Positions 12,612 through 24,000 of a DNA stretch of 62,862 nt are shown here, in pieces (position 1 is the stretch's first letter; each line of letters starts with the position of its first letter). The DNA comes from Octopus sinensis. Lineage: Eukaryota. The stretch spans positions 1-62,862 of the forward strand of contig NW_021832214.1 in NCBI RefSeq assembly GCF_006345805.1, read 5' to 3'. Under the pieces are notes generated by a model, which did not search any database, had not been told where the DNA came from, and saw only the letters and a list, made by a program, of their open reading frames with translations. The position numbers and the translations under genes were made by a program.

Positions 12612-12905
12612 ACAATTGAGGGTAAAATTAATTAATTAATCAATTTCACCAAGTATTCAGTATGCAAAGGGACCATTTAAGGCGAATTCAACTTATTACA
12701 TTATATAAAAGGGCTTAGTAAAATAATTACTTTGCCGCATACTGAACTCATTAGAAATAGCAGCTAAAAAAACTTTTTTAAAACTATTTCCAATACTTAA
12801 GAAAACTTAAGTATTGGAAATAGTTTTAAAAAAGTTTTTTTAGCTGCTATTTCTAATGAGTTCAGTATGCGGAAAGTAATTTATTTTACTAAGCCCTTTT
12901 ATATA
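12612..12905. mobile_element. PLE-like terminal fragment forming a ~100-bp-arm palindrome; related to the 600-bp HHR unit
   Basis: Arms ~12701-12803 / 12808-12905 around CTTAAG-AAAA-CTTAAG; 5' part aligns to 15164-15330; TA tracts on both sides. Confidence 0.7.
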
Positions 12906-12930
12906 ATATATATATATATATATATATTAT

Positions 12931-13073
12931 ATTAGAGATAAAACCACTATTAGGCAAATCAAACAGTGAAAATCATAAACCAATACATAGAAATAAAATT
13001 ATTAATAAAAAATATATAAGAAATATAAAATTCAAAATTTAAATTATAAATAATAATAATAATAATAATAATA

Positions 13074-13114
<41 letters not shown>

Positions 13115-13305
13115 TATATATATATAAAAATTTATAAGTATAAATTATTAATTTAAATAATTTTTAAAATTTTAACTTTAAATTTAAATGATTTAAATCT
13201 TGAATTTTATATTTTTTATATATTTTTTATTAATTAATTTTATTTCTATGAATTGGTTTATGATTTTCACTGTTTGATTTGCCTAATAGTGGTTTTATCT
13301 CTAAT
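12931..13305. repeat. Inverted repeat with ~115-bp arms and AT-rich spacer
   Basis: ATTAGAGATAAAACCACTATTAGGCAAATCAAACAGTG.. (12931) and its reverse complement ending 13305. Confidence 0.85.
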
Positions 13306-13476
13306 TTAATATATATATATTTATACTATAAAATTAGATTTAATTCTAAATCTAATTTTTCCCTGTAAGTTTGGATTTACTCCCTAATATCATTATATAT
13401 ATATATGGACACGCATACAGGATTTCTGAGCGTTTCCTCACGTCCGCGATGTAGAAATTTTATATTTTTGTCTTTG

Positions 13477-13542
13477 CATAGATTCTGACGGGCTGTCTAC
13501 AGGGCCTTGGCTTATGGACACGAAACCTTGGGTAACTCTATG
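13477..13542 (+). ncRNA. Type-I hammerhead-like motif (A9G variant) in a PLE terminal-repeat fragment
   Basis: CATAGATT-CTGACGG-[stem II TGTC..GACA]-GAAACC-TTG-GGTA-ACTCTATG; homologous to 27834-27897. Confidence 0.6.
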
Positions 13543-13630
13543 TCGAAGATATAAAGTATTTTGTTCTAACAATTTATGGTCTATTCTTTAAAGTGTACTT
13601 CTTTTGTGATATATGTTTTATTAATTGTTT

Positions 13631-13853
13631 CTTTATTGCCCACAAGGGGCTAAACATAGAGGGGACAAACAAGGGTAGACAAACGAATTAAGTCAATTAC
13701 ATCGACCCCAGTGTGTAACTGGTACTTAATTTATCGACCCCAAAAGGATGAAAGGCAAAGTCGACCTCGGCGGAATTTGAACTCAGAACGTAACGGCAGA
13801 CGAAATACGGCTACGCATTTCGCTCGGCGTGCTAACAGTTCTGCCACCTTGCC
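13631..13853 (-). mobile_element. SINE family A, full length
   Basis: Alignment to family A. Confidence 0.9.
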
Positions 13854-14116
13854 GCGCCGCCTATATGTTTTATTAATTAACTATATAGACATGTGTGTGT
13901 GTGTGTGTGTGTGAAATTTCATACTAGTGCCTCTCACCTAGAAAATAACCACGTCTCCCGCGGACTGCTTCCGAAAGAGGTTGTCCCTACCTGATATAAT
14001 ACATACATGCGTACCGACAGAGGGACAGCCAAACATACATATACACAAATGCATGCATACATACATATATGTGTGTGGGTTTGTGTGTCTGCGTGTGTAT
14101 GTGTGTGTATGTGTGC

Positions 14117-14164
<48 letters not shown>

Positions 14165-14744
14165 GCATGTATGTATGTATGTATGTATGTATGTGTGTAT
14201 GTGTGTGTGTGTGTGTCTCAATCAGACTGTTTATATAACTGTCAAATGCAATATAAATCACCTGCTGGTGTGGCTTTGGTAATTAGACTTCAAGAAAAAT
14301 GATATAACATACATAGATCATACAAGTTAATTAAATCTATATCAGAAAGTAATTTTAGCTTCTCGTAATTTTCCGTGATAACTCGTAACTTATTAACTTA
14401 TAACTGGAGATTACTTAATGAGAACTGTCAGAAGGATTATTTCTTTAAGAACAAAACCATATAGCGTGGTACATATAGCATGTATGTAACCTTTTTCCAT
14501 ATTATCTCACATAGAAATTAAATAGTAATATTGAAAGCTGATAATAAATCTATATCGTGAGCCGGCATTTCATGTCTTGGTTTGAAAGGAGGGACGCAAC
14601 TGAAGTATATTATTTCGTCCGTCGTTGTCAAGTGTGTTCTAATATAGTTTCAGGCCGAGCAAATCCTGGTGAGTGGATTTGGTAAACGAAAACTGAAAGA
14701 AGCAGGTCGTATATATATATATATATATATAATATAATACTCTC

Positions 14745-15136
14745 TCTTTTAACTTGTTTCAGTCATTTTACTGCGGCCATGCTGGGGCACCGCCCTTAAT
14801 CGAGCAACTCGTCCCCGGACTTATTCTTTTGTAAGCCCAGCAGTACTTATCTATCGGTCTCTTTCGCCGAAACCGCTAAGTAACGGGGACATAAACACAC
14901 CAGCATCGGTTGTCAAGCAATGCTAGGGGGACAAACACAGACACACAAACACACACACGCATATATATACATACATATATTCGACGGGATTCTTTCAGTT
15001 TCCGTCTACCAAATCCACTCACAAGGCTTTGGTCGGCCCGAGGCTATAGTAGAAGACACTTGCCCAAGGTGCCACGCAGTGGGACTGAACCCGGAACCAT
15101 GTGGTTGGTAAACAAGCTACTTACCACACATCCACT
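14745..15136 (-). mobile_element. SINE family B, nested in an older family-B copy
   Basis: Alignment; older 5' half at ~14650-14710, 3' half at ~17230-17445. Confidence 0.85.
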
Positions 15137-15443
15137 CATATATATATATATATATATATATAGTGAAGGGTGAAATTAATTAATTTGGAATAATTATCAA
15201 TTACACCAAGTAGTCTTCGGCATGTAAAAGCCTCATTTGAGGAAAATTTAAGTAATACTAAGCAATAAGGGTTCAGCAACGAATTGCCTTACCACATACC
15301 GAATTTAGAAATAGCAGTCAAAGGGTTATAGCTATTTCTTCTACTAAAAAGGGAGATCTCAGTAAAAACAGCAATTGGAAGGCTGACACAAACAGGTAAG
15401 AGAGAATGAATTAACCGCAATCTATCAAACATTTTTAAAGTTA

Positions 15444-15550
15444 TCCACGGACGTACGTTTCGAAATCAAGTTTTAGGAAAGCATAAGAATTAAAATATTA
15501 AAATATTAAATAATTCTATCTTACCGAAACTTCTTTCTCTTCAGCGTGGA
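15444..15550 (-). ncRNA. Type-I hammerhead ribozyme, copy 1 (long stem II)
   Basis: Minus strand TCCACG-CTGAAGA-[GAAA..~78 nt..TTTC]-GAAAC-GTAC-GTC^CGTGGA; all core nucleotides present. Confidence 0.8.
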
Positions 15551-16045
15551 ATACTATAATCATAAATGATTATATATGAATTTTGAGATACTAGGAGGTA
15601 CCAACTCAACTCAGTATCAGAGCGAGGCTAGAATCCTCAACTAGTATCACCGAATTCAAATTTGTGAATGAAACGATTGTGTCAACAGCCCCCTTCCCAC
15701 CCGCGTGTAGCCAAAACAAGATGCTGTGGTCATCTACTGAGATAAAATATGGTTATCCGTAATAATGAAGGGTGAAATTAATTAATTTGGAATAATTATC
15801 AATTACACCAAGTAGTCTTCGGCATGTAAAAGCCTCATTTGAGGAAAATTAAGTAATACTAAGCAATAAGGGTTCAGCAACGAATTGCCTTACCACATAC
15901 CGAATTTAGAAATAGCAGTCAAAGGGTTATAGCTATTTCTTCTACTAAAAAGGGAGATCTCAGTAAAAACAGCAATTGGAAGGCTGACACAAACAGGTAG
16001 AGAGAAGGAAATTAACCCGCAATCTATCAAACATTTTTAAAGTTA

Positions 16046-16150
16046 TCCACGGACGTACGTTTCGAAATCAAGTTTTAGGAAAGCATAAGAATTAAAATAT
16101 TAAATATTAAATAATTCTATTACCGAAACTTCTTTTCTCTTCAGCGTGGA
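16046..16150 (-). ncRNA. Type-I hammerhead ribozyme, copy 2
   Basis: Same fold as copy 1. Confidence 0.8.
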
Positions 16151-16641
16151 ATAATAATCATAAATGATTATATATTGAATTTTGAGATACTAGGAGGTAC
16201 CAACTCAACTCAGTATCAGAGCGAGCTAGAATCCTCAACTAGTATCACCGAATTCAAATTTGTGAATGAAACGATTTGTGTCAACAGCCCCTTCCCACCC
16301 GCGTGTAGCCAAAACAAGATGCTGTGGTCATCTACTGAGATAAAATATGGTATCCGTAATAATGAAGGGTGAAATTAATTAATTTGGAATAATTATCAAT
16401 TACACCAAGTAGTCTTCGGCATGTAAAAGCCTCATTTGAGGAAAATTTAAGTAATACTAAGCAATAAGGGTTCAGCAACGAATTGCCTTACCACATACCG
16501 AATTTAGAAATAGCAGTCAAAGGGTTATAGCTATTCTTCTACTAAAAAGGGAGATCTCAGTAAAAACAGCAATTGGAAGGCTGACACAAACAGGTAAGAG
16601 AGAATGAATTAACCGCAATCTATCAAACATTTTTAAAGTTA

Positions 16642-16747
16642 TCCACGGACGTACGTTTCGAAATCAAGTTTTAGGAAAGCATAAGAATTAAATATTAAAT
16701 ATTAAATAATTCTATCTTACCGAAACTTCTTTTCTCTTCAGCGTGGA
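16642..16747 (-). ncRNA. Type-I hammerhead ribozyme, copy 3
   Basis: Same fold as copy 1. Confidence 0.8.
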
Positions 16748-16828
16748 ATACTATAATCATAAATGATTATATATTGAATTTTGAGATACTAGGAGGTACC
16801 AACTCAACTCAGTATCAGAGTTATCAGT

Positions 16829-17087
16829 ATTATTTAATATTTAATATTTTAATTCTTATGCTTTCCTAAAACTTGATTTCGAAACGTACGTCCGTGGATA
16901 ACTTTAAAAATGTTTGATAGATTGCGGTTAATTCATTCTCTCTTACCTGTTTGTGTCAGCCTTCCAATTGCTGTTTTTACTGAGATCTCCCTTTTTAGTA
17001 GAAGAAATAGCTATAACCCTTTGACTGCTATTTCTAAATTCGGTATGTGGTAAGGCAATTCGTTGCTGAACCCTTATTGCTTAGTAT
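16829..17087 (+). repeat. Inverted partial copy of the 600-bp unit (contains only the 3' half of the ribozyme)
   Basis: Reverse complement of ~15256-15515; ends in (TA)n. Confidence 0.9.
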
Positions 17088-17229
17088 ATATATATATATA
17101 TATTAATCAGCCGAAATTGCGAAAATGATCCGGTTCTTGACTGAAGATAAAAGGCTTCGAATGACCCGTCCGTGTTTTTTTGTATTGTCTATCTGGATGT
17201 TTTGTTGCCCCATTTTGTATTATATAAAT

Positions 17230-17445
17230 ATATATGTGCGTCTGTGTTTGTCCCCACCCACCATCGCTTGACAACCGATGTTGGTGCGTTTACGTCTCCG
17301 TAACATAGCGGTTCTGCAAAAGAGACAGATAGAGTAACTACTAAGCTTGCAAACAAAGAATAAGTTGTGGGGTCGATGTGTTCGACTAAAAACACTGCTC
17401 GAACATGGCCGCAGTCAGATGACTGAAACAAGTAAAAGAATAAAA
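17230..17445 (+). mobile_element. SINE family B 3' half
   Basis: Alignment to family B. Confidence 0.8.
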
Positions 17446-17481
17446 GAATATGTGTCTATCTATCTGTCTGTCTATCTATCG

Positions 17482-17545
<64 letters not shown>

Positions 17546-18467
17546 CTCTCTCTCTCTCTATATATAAATATATAAATATATATCTATCTGTTTATCTATA
17601 TATATCTATCTTATCTCTCTGTCTGTATGTCTGCCTGCCTGTCTGCCTGCCTGTCTGTCTGACTATCTGTCTCTATGTAGGTATGTATGTATGTCTATAT
17701 GTATGTATTTTGTAGAGTGAGCTCCCCAATGTGTTCAGTCTCAGCGGCGATATTGATACTCACAGTATATATTACTACGTTCCTTCTATATCTATTATCT
17801 ACTTTATCACTCTTTAGTTTCACCAGCTTGGTTGAATACGTCTTCTTTGGTGCAATCTAACCACTCAAAATGCATGACCCTTGCTTTCAGTATCATCAGT
17901 TTGGCTCTAACGACAAGATACACTCCCATGTGCATTTTCTTTGCTCAAACTTTTATTAACTGATTAATTTGGATTTTCGTTATCTCCCTTCTTTGCTACC
18001 TTTAAATTTTAACGACACTAGGGAAACATTTTGTCTACTAATTACTCACTGCGTTTAATATTTAGGACCGATATATAGGAATCTATAGTAAATTCGCCTT
18101 TATACTCCCAGGATAAAAGAGCGCGTTTAATTTGGACTTACTAACCCAGGACCACATACACACTTATTCTGTGTCTATGTGCATATACGAAAGTTCTTTT
18201 ATTGTTTTATACGTTTCAGCCCTGAGGCTGCGGCCATGCTGGGGCACTGCTACTGTAATCACCTTTTCAATGGCTAATTTTATGTGATTGGCTTTGGTGA
18301 AGGAGAGAGTCCGACACTGCTGTTCTCTTTCAGTTTCCTGCCTGGATATTGATTCATCCAGGACCTTGGGTAGTAAAAGGTCGCGTTATATATATATGAT
18401 ATCTATTAATATATGTATATATGTATAAATTATAAATATACATATAAGTGTGTGTGTGTGTGTGTAT

Positions 18468-18792
18468 TTTGGCGCTCGGATTTTCTGAACTTTCAGTTAC
18501 GTAACTACTTTATGTTACACATCTTTCTAATTGATTATTGTGTGAACTGATAGCTGATTCTATGGGAAGAGCTTACTGTGGCAGCCACACTATTCTCTGA
18601 ATCCATATTTTCTACTTATTGTGCCCACCATGGCTGTATAAGTAGTATAAAATATGGATTTTGAGAATAGTGCAGTTGCTACAATAAGCTCCTTCTACGG
18701 ACTCGGCTATCAGTTGACGTAGTAATCAATTATAAAGAAGTCCAATGTGAAGTATCCTTGTGACTCAAAACCAAGAAAATCCAAGCGAGAAA
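18468..18792. mobile_element. Old fold-back/MITE-like element: ~150-bp imperfect arms, 18-bp loop
   Basis: Paired blocks CTACTTAT/ATAAGTAG, ATCCATATTTT/AAAATATGGAT, CACTATTCTC/GAGAATAGTG, AATTGATTA/TAATCAATT. Confidence 0.75.
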
Positions 18793-19205
18793 ATTATTCT
18801 ATGAGGATTTGAGGACTGTATTTAAGTATGTATGTATGTATGTATGTATGTATGTATGTATGTATGTATGTATGTATGTATGCATGTATGTATGTATACA
18901 TACATACACACATATGTGTATACACATGCACACCGACGCACACAAATGTACTAAAACAAACAAAATGAACGCTCCTCTGATAAGGGACAAAATCAATTAT
19001 TATTGAAATGGTTGCAGGAAGCAACGAAAGTTTAAAAACAAAAGTAAATGAGTGGAAATCGAACCAGTGTGTGTGTTAAGTAATAAGGCCTTAAAAGAGA
19101 ATGACTCTCCCCAGACACAATAAAGTATAATACATATACATATATACATACATACATACATACATACATACATACATACATCATACATATATATATATGT
19201 ATGTA

Positions 19206-19251
<46 letters not shown>

Positions 19252-19264
19252 ACTCTCTCTCTCC

Positions 19265-19296
<32 letters not shown>

Positions 19297-20130
19297 GTGT
19301 ATACACGTATATATATACGAATATATACTTACTTTCTACATGCATATATACATCAAAAAATTCTATACGCACATTGTTATCCATGTGAGCGTATATGAAT
19401 GTACGTAATATATGCGTATTTATAGAGACACGCATGCAAATGTGTAAGCACATATATACGCACACATGTACATACACACGGGCACACATACACACATATA
19501 TTGTATTATATTATATATGGAGGGAAAATAGGGAGGAGAGCCAGGGAGAGGTATTTCACAATGTCTAAATAAATGAGAAAGAATAACAGACGATGCGACC
19601 GAGACCTTTACAGAGTATTTGAATAAGTTTACTGAGATATGCATCTACAATTCAATATGGGTTACACAGAGGGTCCCTAAGTCGTGAATGGGAATTGGAA
19701 AAAAGGTAAAAATGCCAGCATTTGTACTCGATCCTCTTTTCCAGGTCTTTTCCGTTTTCCTTTCCATTACCAAGGGTATAGAAAAAGCAGTTGATTAATA
19801 GCAAATGTTGAGAGAAGATGTGTGAGGCGGGTAAGCAGATTTAGATTTAGTTATTCGGGGAGTGTAGGTTTATTAAATTTCTTAATTTGTAGAATTTACC
19901 AAGAATCCCTAGACAAATATATGCAATCATCTGTTGAAAATATTAAGACAGAAAAGAAAAGAAAACAAATAAACTAATGAAAAAAAATAAAACAAAATAG
20001 AAAAGAAAGAAAAATTACAAAATAAACAAAAATTAGGTTTGTCAACTGTATTTGTTCAGACCCCTATCCAATCCCCAAACTATATATACGTTCATGCCGT
20101 ATATTATACCCCAAGTGGTGTAATTCGTCA

Positions 20131-20188
<58 letters not shown>

Positions 20189-20189
20189 G

Positions 20190-20590
20190 TCTCAAATTTT
20201 GCCACAAAGGCAGCAATTTTGGGGGATGGAAAGAGTCGTCTACATCGACCCCGTATTCAGCAGAATTTGAACTCAGAAGGTAGCGACGGGCGTAACACCA
20301 CCAAGCATTTCGTCCAGCGTGCTAACGATTCTGCCATGATAATGATTATAATAATAATCCTTTCTACTATAGACATAAGGCCTGAAATATTGGGGGAGAG
20401 GAGGCCAGTCAATTAAAGCGACCCCAATACGCAACTGGTACTTAATTTATCGCCCCCCCCCCAAAAAAAAAGATCAAAGCACCAATGAAACACTGGGGTC
20501 GATGTAGACCTCGGCGGAATTTGAACTCAAAACGTTGCGACTGGCGAAATACCGCTATGCATTTCCGCCAACGTGCTAACGATTCTGCCA
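20190..20590 (-). mobile_element. Two to three adjacent family-A SINE copies/fragments
   Basis: GAATTTGAACTCA and GCTAACGATTCTGCC motifs repeated. Confidence 0.8.
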
Positions 20591-20607
20591 TAATAATAAT
20601 AATAATA

Positions 20608-20700
<93 letters not shown>

Positions 20701-21093
20701 GTGATGGTGATGAAAAAAATGAGGGATGAAGCATACCCTGCTCGCACACAAGGATAAAATAAAATTTAATTTGAAAATTATATCTCAGACGAATTGATAT
20801 TTCAACCAAATAACATCAGGAGTTATTTCCCCTGTTTGTCATTCATGCATATGTAACAAAGAGATAAAAGAAAAACGTTTTGATTCACCCGTCCTCCAGT
20901 TTTGAAGATAATTGAGCTAAAATTTAATGACTTCAAGCCACTTACCCTATGAGTATTTTTACCAAATTTGGTGAAAATCCGTTTAGCTGTTTTCCATTAA
21001 CTTGCAAACACACAGACAAAAACAAGCGACTGCAATACTCTGCTTTTGCGTACGCTCGCAGGCAACAACAACAACAACAACAGAAACAAGAAC

Positions 21094-21145
<52 letters not shown>

Positions 21146-21283
21146 TGTACGAAAGGCACAATTAGTGGGGAAGAGGCTTGAGGATCATATCGACTCCAGT
21201 AATCAACAGGTGCTTTATTTTATCGAACTCGATGGGATGGAAAGGCAAAGTCAGTAACAATGGGGAATCGGTTACATCGGCCA

Positions 21284-21285
<2 letters not shown>

Positions 21286-21353
<68 letters not shown>

Positions 21354-21571
21354 ACTGCTGCCACTACACCTGCTGCTGCTGCTGCTACTACTACTACTAC
21401 TAGTACTACTACTACTACTACTACTACTACTACCACTACCACTAATAATAATAATAACAGAATAATAATAAGAAGCAGAAGAAGAAGAACAACAATAAAA
21501 ACAGTGATAATGATGATGATGATAACGATGATGATGATGATGAAGATGATGATGAAGATGATGAGGATGAA

Positions 21572-21609
<38 letters not shown>

Positions 21610-21620
21610 CGGTGATGATG
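21286..21620. repeat. Compound trinucleotide tract (CTA/CTG/TAA/GAT)n
   Basis: Direct reading. Confidence 0.9.
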
Positions 21621-22514
21621 ATTTTTCACGGAGTTACAAACAACAATATCAACTGATATTTGCAATAACAGCAACAATAACGATAGTTACTACCACCACC
21701 ACCGCCATTATCATCACCGCTACCGCTACCACCACCGCAACCGCACCATTACTACTGCAATAAAATATTACTTGGCAAGATGTATAAATCTAATTTCTTT
21801 TGTAACGGTGCGAGATAAGGCTCAATTAAATTGACCCCCGTATCGTATCTACACTAACTTGCTCGTCCCTGGTGAGATAAAACCCCTAGTACGTCTTGGT
21901 GAGTTTTGAACTAAGAACAGAGGGGCATCGCACTAGATACCTCAGACCAATTAGTCAGACTTAAATTTACTAAAGTCCGGTGGTTTACGCCAACACACCT
22001 AACTATAAAAACAATTGCAGCAGGATCTCTTGGTAATTGGTTCACGGTCAAATTATTAAGCGGGAAGTGTTTCTATTATAACCGGGAGTATATCTTTTAA
22101 ATCAACACCAGATGATTATGACAGCCATGCAATCCTAGAGGTGGAGCCTCTAGGATTGGTGGTGGCTAAGATTAGTAGCACAATAATCTTTTAAATCACA
22201 CTTCATTCAATGAAATGTGATTCTAAATACTCTATATCTGAAGGAAGGCATCAGGGTTGACTACCGGTTTCAGTTATTTAGAAATAAACTTAGTCATGCG
22301 ATAAGAGAAGGGAAAATATATTAAAATAAATTAAATGACAGATTTGATTGATTTATCTTATTATTTTCCTTTTGTGCACTACATAAATACAGCCCCTTAA
22401 AAAAATTGAAACTGGTTGCATATTTTAGTAAAAATGTAAATATTTTCGCTTTCTATTCGTGATAAATATCTCCAAGTACCTGTCTCTCACTGTCTCTGTC
22501 TCACTGTTTCTGTC

Positions 22515-22547
<33 letters not shown>

Positions 22548-22857
22548 TTCTATATATATATATATCATGTGGAATATATATATACATCGATTTACTCATG
22601 TGGAATCTCGTAACTTTTTCTATATGTAAATATATATGAACATGTTTCAGGATACAGGATATTCGTTATGTAGTAAGTAAAATATGTTATCCATTTTATT
22701 AGTTGAAAATTTCTCAGTGAATAGAAAATGATCAATACTAGTGATCATTTGTTCAAAACTACGAATGGCTTTATGTAAGCATATGTACAGGGCGGGTCAA
22801 AAGTAGCTACTTTGTTTCACTGTTTCCTGCAAGTAAGAACAGAAGTCGCTAAAGTAA

Positions 22858-23158
22858 TCTTTATATATAAAAGTGAAGTTGTGTGCTGTCTGTCTCCTAC
22901 GATTTAGATTCCTAACTACTCCCACATTTTGCGGTGCAGTTTAACCAAAAGCGGGTATCTTATAGTCGTGATTCATATCGAGCCCTTCTGGGTATTAGCG
23001 TGCGTCTACGATGAGTCTACGATTTAAAAAAAAATTACCATAATTTTTTCCCATTTTTAATACATTTTTTTGCTATTATATAAGGGAAGTAACTATCTAA
23101 AAATGCTTATATAGTTATTTCCCTTACAAACCCGAGCAACGCCGGGCGATACTGCTAG
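22858..23158 (+). mobile_element. Non-autonomous Helitron (family 1), 301 bp
   Basis: A|TC start, CTAG|T end, subterminal hairpin CCCGAGCAACGCCGGG; highly similar to 26707-27010. Confidence 0.85.
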
Positions 23159-23634
23159 TGCTTTATAAACACTTACACTGTTGAAGGATTAGATACGTTA
23201 CATAAATTTCTGCATGTCGTAGTGGAATGTTCTTTTATACAAGCTTAGAAAGTAGCGAAGATTGGTGTAGATTATCACTTTTCATTCGATTTCTTTTTAT
23301 GGCCTTTTTCTCCAAAGAAGCAGGGGTTAATTTTCAATGGGAACCATGAAAATCTTCTAATCGCATACGTCAAGGTTCTTTCTCTGACGCGGTGTCTTAA
23401 CCGCTGGATACTTTCCTGATGACAACGTTTCTTGTTGTCTTTTACACCTTGTAGGGATAATCCTATATCGTAAGTTGTTATACCGATTCAATACAAAAGA
23501 GACACTTTAAACATCTGAATCTATATACCTTGAAAAATCAAGCTCATTACACACTACTGTAATTTAAGTACTAACAACGTACTGAGGGAAAAGAATAGCA
23601 TTGTAACATGTAATATTGTAAACGTGTACAATTG

Positions 23635-23810
23635 CATAGGCGCAGGCATGGCTATGTGGAAAGAAGCTTGCTTCCCAACCACATGGTACCGGGTTCAAAC
23701 CCACTGCGTGGTACCATGGGCAAGTGTCTTCTACTACAATGTCGGGCCGACCAAAGCCTTGTGAGTGGATTTGGTAGACGGAAACTGAAACAAGCACGTC
23801 GTAAATGCAT
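23635..23810 (+). mobile_element. SINE family B 5' half
   Basis: Alignment to family B. Confidence 0.8.
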
Positions 23811-23829
23811 GTCGCTATGATAGGTCGGC

Positions 23830-24000
23830 AGCCACTACACACTTTTTTTTGTCTCTCCTTGTTTCTTTCTGTGTTCCTTTCTATGGAAGAGCGTAGGCTC
23901 GAAACGGAAAAGACTTTTTCAATTCCTGAACGTTATACTAATACATCTGTTTGTTGTCTACACCACCTGCCTTCGCTTTTTGTTTTTTTCATGAATTCTC
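23830..24000 (+). mobile_element. PLE-like terminal fragment with mutated minimal HHR (23877-23912); homolog at 48.8-48.96 kb
   Basis: CTTT-CTATGGA-AGAGCGTAGGCTC-GAAACGGA-AAAG. Confidence 0.6.

Larger units (their letters stand above)
15164..16820 (-). repeat. Tandem array of a non-coding ~600-bp unit (2.75 copies; starts 15164, 15766, 16363), retrozyme/PLE-pLTR-like
   Basis: Units differ mainly by single-base indels; one hammerhead fold per unit; (TA)n at left flank. Confidence 0.92.

Noticed and set aside
15164-16820. CRISPR-like or simple satellite interpretation of the tandem array
   Set aside because: No short repeat/unique spacer alternation; whole ~600-bp units repeat in a eukaryotic context.
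17105-17175. GCCGAAAT..ATC..CTGAAGA..GGCT as a type-II hammerhead
   Set aside because: Stem I does not pair and five extra nt separate the core from stem II; possibly a decayed PLE end only.
22788-22857. TA|CAGGGCGGGTCAAAAG Tc1-like left end
   Set aside because: Only one end seen, interrupted by a Helitron; no transposase recovered.
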